Of a DNA stretch of 60,000 nucleotides, positions 52,801 through 60,000 are shown piece after piece. Position 1 is the first letter of the stretch. The number at the start of each line of letters is the position of its first letter. A model generated the notes under the pieces. That model was not told where the DNA came from, did not search any database, and worked only from the letters and a program-made list of their open reading frames with translations. Where the stretch lies: assembly GCA_051294905.1 (NCBI GenBank), contig CM119371.1, positions 7,814,001 to 7,874,000 on the forward strand, read 5' to 3'. This DNA is from Botryllus schlosseri (taxonomy: Eukaryota). The translations under genes and the position numbers were made by a program.

Positions 52801-53209
52801 TTGGAAGAGTACTTCCAATAGTGCACTTTCTTCAATTACGCCCGCTGTCAAAGAAGAAGGAAAAACTACACTCAGTATACCGCATACCTTACCTACGGCC
52901 AAATATGACAGACTGGACCGAATTACATTTGACTTCTATGGACAATTGCACAAACTACAAAAAATGGAACAAGGATATGCAGAAGGTAGAATTATTGTTG
53001 ATATTAACAATAGAAAGGATTTAGAAGAATCACTTAACAATCATGCCCTGATTTTTGCGGTTAGCGTCACAGCAATGTTAGGATGCATGTATTTATGTTA
53101 TGCGAAATGTGGGAGAGTCGCTTCAAAAAATTATCTTAGGGAGGTTATTCGACGGAATAACCGAAAAACGTATATTACAGCAGTAACGTTGCACGAAAAA
53201 CAGAGATAG
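49802..53209 (+). CDS. Type I membrane glycoprotein with paralogous head domain and mucin-like stalk (1135 aa)
   Basis: Signal peptide, Cys-containing N-terminal domain alignable by eye to the upstream glycoprotein, Tyr/Asp-rich segment, long Thr/Ser-rich region, TM LIFAVSVTAMLGCMYLCYA, basic tail. Intronless. Confidence 0.8.
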   Translation: MNCYQKIWIVLTVSLILHRGYLQTHGELLPLSAMSVVPRITFNLTGWTTFRYQGLRYLRLNRLFKLNESWPIGETENNFPIHEETPEFGPTRAGKDQLYKLFAPSRTERRYWNNVRQYERECGCNRKLSRVSPDIMLSALTRTITYRRKNNFGLIHTWKYVVGRESSFPIVVPRNLRRVISPNTTPEVTIHQLLTVYKLSVMNHLAQYATVTARCRQHSEGIEGWKVNKGEFSVCIFENTSGMQCIGCAFYTDNRAVNTLSREFVFMEIDNSIRGLGTRMQETYSYSQWPAGVKLPRLHHDIVWLKARNETGPRERPANFDGHTWFRLRIYALREHLNNETQRIMGRKNFPTMLLGSIECERKKNRKVCRNAIGSLKTALAFKEVLYDPYTNQSVYADHSNGRLKIASPRPTGQEPPLEAWPNNLSYCKQPGRLGNFVLTASLQNNGQNTKNMDYYLARLGMFYVEITKRRLRQLSLPIYKKRKNLERLERPITIADMASLSQELGSILTQRKLSRVNEGLLSYMSTKKLREAPLQDDMRLFRPSVAYKAIICAGILVYTPYAYKENIKMNTNSARPSSFAKVITSRPINHEDTTRMAVPNSESSTVYNFTPINISQQPTMRTGETITNTEGSVRMTNQYDTNRYNYDYIEDYDEGFSYDGYDNNTSFQDSGNYYYDYYDEDGEYEGSLKRRPLPVADTTDSTNIIETTMVLPMIEAPTSTKNTQYAIKLTTDTTIPTPGTSAYTSGSITSPRTTTAITPYTRGLASAIINSGTTSSTPLPAILTTVHSSREDNTSPRSTASISTFLATVKTMSEQERRGTSPTTIFTTLKLSTSISTEMDVQKNIGIATTGLTFSKSKLTTLTTMERTANAQLQWNTMAYQGSTKNGEMLGSIPVPIKKTPQITQIPESYIQLSHHTSQLMDTTSPIAHFKMLLDTTPVATTVETHQYFVTSKSRSNTEPDNSSREQDIQVRTKSTSMLSSGDYQSEPTSVSKNDVIRSWKSTSNSALSSITPAVKEEGKTTLSIPHTLPTAKYDRLDRITFDFYGQLHKLQKMEQGYAEGRIIVDINNRKDLEESLNNHALIFAVSVTAMLGCMYLCYAKCGRVASKNYLREVIRRNNRKTYITAVTLHEKQR

Positions 53210-56200
53210 GTATTGCAAAATAATTACTGAATTATTGTAATAATAGAAGTGAGTGTTGTTACGTGTTGTGTTCGGTCCGTTTGCGCGGTTTAGAGTCCAT
53301 GTGAAATTTACCAAAACCTAAATTTAATTTTATTGAGATAACAATGTGTAAAATTTATGCTGTGTTTGCCTATGGAGGCCTAAAAGTGTGTGGGGTTTGA
53401 GAATGTACGAGGCAAATTCGCAGTATTAACGATGCTTATGCAACGAATATCATTGCGAAATACATAATTGCGAAATTTTTGGATGGTATTGCTAAGCCAA
53501 CTCAGGACTGAGTAATACCTCAGTTTGTAAAACATGGAAGCGGATGGCGTTATTTTTGTAAAATATAGCCATAAATGATGGTGGGAAAGGAAACGTTGCA
53601 GTGGTAAATTGACTCATAGGAAATAATTGACTACAGCAAAATGGCGAAATTTGACTGCTATTGGGGGTTTAATCACGCTGTAGTACGAATGGTAGCGACA
53701 AAAATTTGCTAGATGAATGTTCGGATGTGCGTCAGTCCCTACTTTATGGAGATAGGGAATTGCTCCTGGTGAGGGGGGCGGATGTATGTGTGTCAACGAC
53801 CTTCCGCTCAAAACTGGATATAACTCGGGGCGCAGGATCAAAAAATTCAGTTCACTCTACACAGAGCTGAACGGGCATGAAGAATCTAGAAAGTTAACAG
53901 AGTTGACTAAGATTATGACAAGTTAGTCAGATCTTATAGACAATGACTGTTGTACTTGATAGATAATAATTAGTTTATGCCATGCGGATGGATAAATGCA
54001 AGATGTCATCTTAAGGGCTGTCGCGTTATAATTTTGTTAAATTTAACAGATTGATGTTGGATATTGATCTGATATAGCCACAGCATTTGGGGTCGAGCAG
54101 TGTGGCTAATCCAGGATTGGGGTACACTGCCGATAACTGGGCTATTAATCTCTTGATTGTTTTCGGTCAAATACCATGGAATGGTGGGGCATATAAGCAA
54201 CAATATAAAAATATTATTAAAGGCGTCATAGTAATATAAATGTCTGAACGGCTGACATCATCACATCGTTGGAGCGTACCACTGCGGTATTCAGTAGCCA
54301 GTACCTTTAAGTGGCCTTAATAACAGGGATATAAGGACCCACGATGTAACTAAAAATGGCCAATTGTTGACATAAAGACTTGCTTAGATAGCGGAGTACC
54401 AAGCTACTACCATCTGATCTAATACTATTCCCTATGAGACGTGAACAGTTAGTTGTCCCTATATTTATGACCAAGTTACGGCGTTCCAAGTCAACTTGAG
54501 TCATTCTCATTTTGTCATCGAGTCTGCCTGAATCCGAGTAATTCTACGCGGGTTCGCGTCCAAATCACAATAGACTTACAAATTTCAGTCATGAATCATC
54601 TAAGGATCCGGATTTATCTTCATAAAATAGAATTGTGGCAAAATATTGAATCTTTACCGCATGGTAGTGTTTGCAATTGATGTGATAGTTAATTTTGATA
54701 AATAATCTCAGACTCTCGGAGCAATTTGAGAAGGAATTTTAACTTCTTAACATAAAAAGATATATGTCTGTCACTTACAAATTGTCAAATACTTGAAATT
54801 CTAAAATGTCTTCGCGGGCCGCACAGAATAATCTGGCGGGCCGCGTGTTTGAGATCTCTGAGTAAACCAAAACACTTGCAGCGACATAAATGGACGCTCG
54901 TAACCGCAAGTACTATAGACCGCAAATCGTAATTTTGCACGACCATATGTGATGTCACAATAAATCAGTGTACGTACATGGTACCTTTAGATTACTAGTA
55001 GGCATATACAATACACACCCAACGGGCACGATAACGCACTTCAAATCAATGCATGCGCTCAATGTAGGCCTACCGCGTCAAAATACTGATGTGCCGTCTT
55101 CCGCAATGCACTCATTACTACCAAGATAAATAGTAATTTATAATGATACATATATTCAAGTCTGACTGAAGCAAGAACAATAACATTGTGGGACGTTATC
55201 GACTTGACATTCTAGTTTAAACAAATCGAATAAAATCAAAATTGATGCTGCTGTGAACCTGATTTAACGTTGCGCAGTTGAAGCATATTTCGATCAACGT
55301 TTTCAACAATATTGGTGTTTGTAATTAAATCGGCGCCTGGTAAAATTTCGATAGTACAAAAAAGAACTGATGCTCACTTTTCTATAAAGGGGAGAGAGAA
55401 AATTAACGGGACATTCATAACTATGATTATATTCACTCGCTGCGCGGATATCTCTACTATACAAAATAAATTCTAAACACTCGATCACTCATAATGTCGC
55501 CTGTGTCTAAAAAAAAAAAGTATGGCTGATTCCTGCTAAAGACGTTTGCAAATACAATCATTTGCGGCAAATAAGGACGGTAGATTTGGAATTTTAAAGT
55601 TTATAGAATCAGCCTGCGGTCGACGCGTCTTGCTACCGTAGCTGTTCCTCACATACACTAAATATAACAATATTGGTTAGCATAAGTAACTACTGTAAAA
55701 GTGGTAATTTCAAGCGGCAGTGGCACAATCACCAACCTATTGAGTATCGAAGCTGCCTCTCATTGTATACCGCGCACTGCACAAGGTTGACAATAACATT
55801 AAGACTACAAGAAAATGCCAATAATTTTATAGTGTGTGCTAATGTACATAATTCCATGGTCTCTCGAGTCACTGGCCTCAAGCGATTTGGGTTGGCCTGA
55901 TTTGACCAATCATTCAATGACAATGCGCTTTGTTGGGCATATATTTGACATAGCGTCACGAATATATGGATCGCGGGCTAAGGGAAAAAAATTACGGACA
56001 ATGCTAGCGTAAACTATAGCGTTCTATTAAATCCTTTATTTCGGTTTGATAAAACAAACTAAGAACGGTGCGTTTACTAAAATGGATTATTAATTTACTT
56101 ATATGTGAACCATACACCGCATTATCTGTGTACCTATTTAACGATGTATATTCATGGGTCAGATGCCAGCGACCACTCGATCTGTATTGCAAAAACCTGA

Positions 56201-56699
56201 TAGAGTACAATGATGTAATTACGTCTTATGCCTGGTAAAGGCAATTCGATTTGAATCTTGGTTTGACTCGAGTCGCCGTCAGTAATTAGTTGCCTTGACT
56301 GGACTCGATCAAAAGAGGCAGTGATTCGAAATGACTCATGACTCGAATGTTATGCCTAGTTTCATCATTTGCAATTTAATATTAATGATTTAAAGTACAG
56401 TATTAGGATTGAGACACAACCAATAAGAATCTTAAATCAAAATGGTTTTTTGATATGGAATGTGTTTTGACCCTGACTGGCTACGCTACTTCAATTACTG
56501 CATTCGATACATTATGGTAGTTATTTACGTCAGGTAAGGAATTCTGCTTCAGGAAATCTGAGCTATCACATGAATAACTAGCTTAAAACAAGCCTTATAA
56601 CTATATGTACCTTATAACATCTAACTAGACCATTGGGTTAGGCTGACGACTAAAATGAATTGTGACATCGCAACTAAGTGGAATACAATATTACATTTG

Positions 56700-59270
56700 A
56701 GACAATACGGTATATATACCTACCTTGGTGATAACTGGCTTTTGGCTCAGGGTAATCCGGGGTTGGTACATCCTATATATTCCGTTGGAAAGGTATACCC
56801 TTTGCAAATTCTGGTATCTCCCAAAAATTAAGGTTATCCCGGTTGAGAAACACTTGCTTCTAGGTTCAAAATTAACTAAGCTTATAAATACAACTAGCCT
56901 AGTCTGACCAAACTTAAACATTGCGCTCTAAGTAATTCAATAACACGCGGTTGCCACAAACGAAGACGAGTCGCATAAATAGCTTCATGTACTGTCAAAC
57001 TCATATTACGCTACGAGCCGGATAATAGTTGAATAATAACAATTCTGCTCAAGACGCAAAGTGATTAATCCACTTCAATGTTTTAAGCCACTAGTACTAT
57101 AATATTGGAACCGTTCTCGAAGCTCCCTTAGGTGAAGATTGCTAATATGGACCTGGTATCTAAATCTGTGTGACAGGAGCCATCCCAATTACTTGGTCCT
57201 TGTAGAATGTCTTAAATGATGGAACAATACTTGGGGTGAGTCTAGTTATGCGCATTCGTATATATAAATATGACAAGATCAAGTATATTTCAGGTCAAAG
57301 TGCGTTCCCATTAACACAATAATGATCTATATACTGGACATTGCTTTGTTGTTTTTTTAGTAACTAGGGCTCGCGCAAACGCTGGTTATGTGCGCTCGGT
57401 GACTTGATACGAGAATTTAAAAGATCGCAACGAAATGATGACATTGATTTGGATTTAATATTAGTGTTTCTATTTTCACAATAATCTATCCGCACATGCT
57501 CAATAATACTATTCAGTACTACCAGAGGTGATTACGACGCTGCAATGATCCAGCTACAGAGGCGAAAGGGATGTTCCTATAATCTGTCTGCGAAAGGCCG
57601 CGTACAACGAATTAATTTTGTAAAAATAATAAATTGTATCAGAATTAGACACTTGCGTTTCGCTCTAGTTTAGTGGAATTGGACGACTTGACAATTCCGA
57701 CATCAGATTTGCACTGCACCACGCGCAGGTTCATCTTGGCATGTAAGCGGTAAGGAGTATCAAGAACCTCATACCGTAGGCCGCTGTGCATATTCTATTG
57801 TCGTTAATTTACCTAACTCATGACGGAGAATCAATTGCAAACGCATGGGCTATACTGGATTAATAAATGGATAGTCTAAACGAAACAGATATCAATTTCG
57901 ACATGAAAGTTATTTTAATACTGGCTGACTGCGTCACTTTATTTACTAGAATTACCGAATTGCGTTTTATTAATTTAGGGTAAGAAGCAGTGTGGAGATG
58001 ACTCGAGTCACTTGGGAAAAATATATTGACTCGTGTCTCGAAGCAAAATTTACGATTCAATATCAAGTCATAAAATAAACGGGTGTCGAATAAATCACTG
58101 TAGCGTGCGTATACTTGAATGGCTGTGTCAGATCATAAATAAATTGACCGTAAATGAAACAATCACGGCTGACGCTGTCGTGGTAGTTATCGTTTTGTTT
58201 CATTAGAAGGCTCAATGCTTACGTTGTGCAGTGCGTATCCGTCTATATTTTGGTCAATAATGACTGGCTGTAGCATTTAGCTTTACAATCGCTCACGTAT
58301 TTTACTTGCGCGTGACTGATACAACATCTTTTTGCATGTATAGTTAACTACATATTGGTTATTCAATTCAATGTGGATACCGAAATATTAATTTGACTTG
58401 AATTGTGATTTGACTTGTAACTTGACTTGGCTTGATCCTATTAAGGGTCTGCCATGACTCGGGATGACTCGGGACTCAAAGGGAATCGATCTCAACACTG
58501 GTTTATCGCCGACTAGTAAATGATTAGGATACATATCACAATCAAAGGGTATACATTGTCACACTAAAATAATATTCTACCAAGTTGCTAGCTCGTCTGT
58601 GTGTTAATCTATACTGAACCATAAACCTATCTTTACAATAACTGGTCTTCGGCTCATTGTATTACGGAACTGGTACATCCCTGTAAATCCTATTCGAAGG
58701 TTACACCATGTTGCCAGTTCTGGTACATCCCATAGTACGTGGTAAAACGAGCTCTTGTCCATAATTCTAAAACTAAAATTGCTTTGTCTTAGCTAAACCC
58801 TGAAGCCATAATGCGACGCCAAGCATATACGACAGCAGGGACGAGTCGCATAAATGACTTCCTTAATTGACAAACTCGTACTGCATTGCGAGGCGAATGT
58901 TATTGATTACTGACAATTGTGTACGTTACAAACTATAAGAGCTATGAAATTGTAAACCTACTGTAAGTCATGACAAACCTCGGCTTTGACAAATCGTACC
59001 GTTTTCAAACCTTTCTCGCGTACTGAAATACTGTTCAGAAATAAGTGTGCTTGCTGGTGCCATATTAGGAATGTTCATTTTAAAGTTAGTGCGTCGGTAA
59101 CCTCTGCAATATTAACTCAAATATATTCTGATTGTCAGGACATGATTATAATTCACCAGAAATTGTTGTGCGGGTATGGAGATTTGTATGACGGGAGCTG
59201 CCTCCGTCAGTTGGTCCATCCAAAATAGTTGAAATAATGGAAAAATTGCTTGAGGCAGTTCTAATTATAC
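56700..59270 (-). repeat. Diverged direct duplication (about 1.9-2 kb spacing) with exon-like blocks
   Basis: 56725-56830 resembles 58635-58740, 56965-57030 resembles 58840-58910, 57150-57240 resembles 59170-59260. Confidence 0.55.
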
Positions 59271-60000
59271 GTGTTCATTGATAAGAATAACAATAAACGA
59301 CATGATTTTTTACGCTAGGCATTTTTGATTAAATTAATATAGGGGCAATAAGCAGAAATAAGACGTGAAAGGTATTTTCCCATATCACGTTTTAACTATA
59401 GTATATTTGCTTATATATAAGTACGATTGAGAGCAAAAGGCAAAGTGTGTGTCCGTAATGGAAGGGATCAAATTGGACAAATATTTTTAAAATAGAAGGA
59501 AAATTGGCCAGATTCAAATCTTCTCAATTAAATAAATAGATTACAAAATATTACTTAGCAAGCTTGGACAAGGGTGGATGTGCTTGCCGCAGTGTCCATT
59601 AGTAAGTATGCAGAGCAGGTTTTTTTTGAGCTATGATTGCATGTCTACATCTACAAAAGAGAGTTTTAAGTATTGTTGAAGACGGCGTAGGAGTTAGACA
59701 GATACTTCGACAGACTAAACGCTGGCCCGCTAATATTAGACAATTGTGAGAAATTTTTATTATCAGAGATAAAGGACAGGATACTCTTATAATGGTTTTT
59801 TGGCTTCTGCGGGTAGTAAAAACTACATTTTTGAGTTGGATTTTGCAGGGGTAGTTACTCGAAACAGATTGGTTTTGTGGAAAAGATGAATAGTTCATTG
59901 ATAGAGTATTAGTATTGGTGACACAGACTATTTAAAAACATAAAAATGAGTGTCGTTCTATATCAGTACAAAATAATGTACTAAGTAGCAGTGCGCGTCG

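Noticed and set aside
45990..53209. LTR retrotransposon or retrovirus env locus
   Set aside because: No gag, RT, RNase H, retroviral integrase or LTR pair is visible; the DDE protein has Merlin/IS1595 motifs.
40400..54500. Merlin TIR pair with 8-9 bp TSD around the cassette
   Set aside because: Searched by eye and found no convincing inverted pair; the element boundaries remain undefined.

Overview
AT-rich, intron-containing animal DNA (invertebrate-like; short 60-120 bp introns would fit a tunicate, but the species cannot be determined from the window). 1-19 kb: a + strand gene built from at least 8 intact, tandemly duplicated, symmetric phase-1 exons encoding Tyr-motif repeats, set among hAT-type MITEs. 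25-34.4 kb: three probable exons of a small membrane protein, with deeply nested MITEs in the introns. 41.5-54.5 kb is the outstanding region, a compact and almost MITE-free cassette. It holds a CACTA-like terminus, a spliced Ulp1/C48 protease gene with an intact H-D-C triad, a 7 x 195 bp tandem array and an intact Merlin/IS1595-family DDE transposase. Two intronless virus-like envelope genes follow: a class I fusogen-like protein (furin site, fusion peptide, heptad repeats, TM, Cys-rich tail) with a 47-aa TM micro-ORF overlapping its start, and a mucin-like type I glycoprotein sharing a paralogous head domain. This looks like a DNA transposon or endogenous virus-like element carrying a membrane-fusion apparatus. 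Its ends could not be paired within the window.
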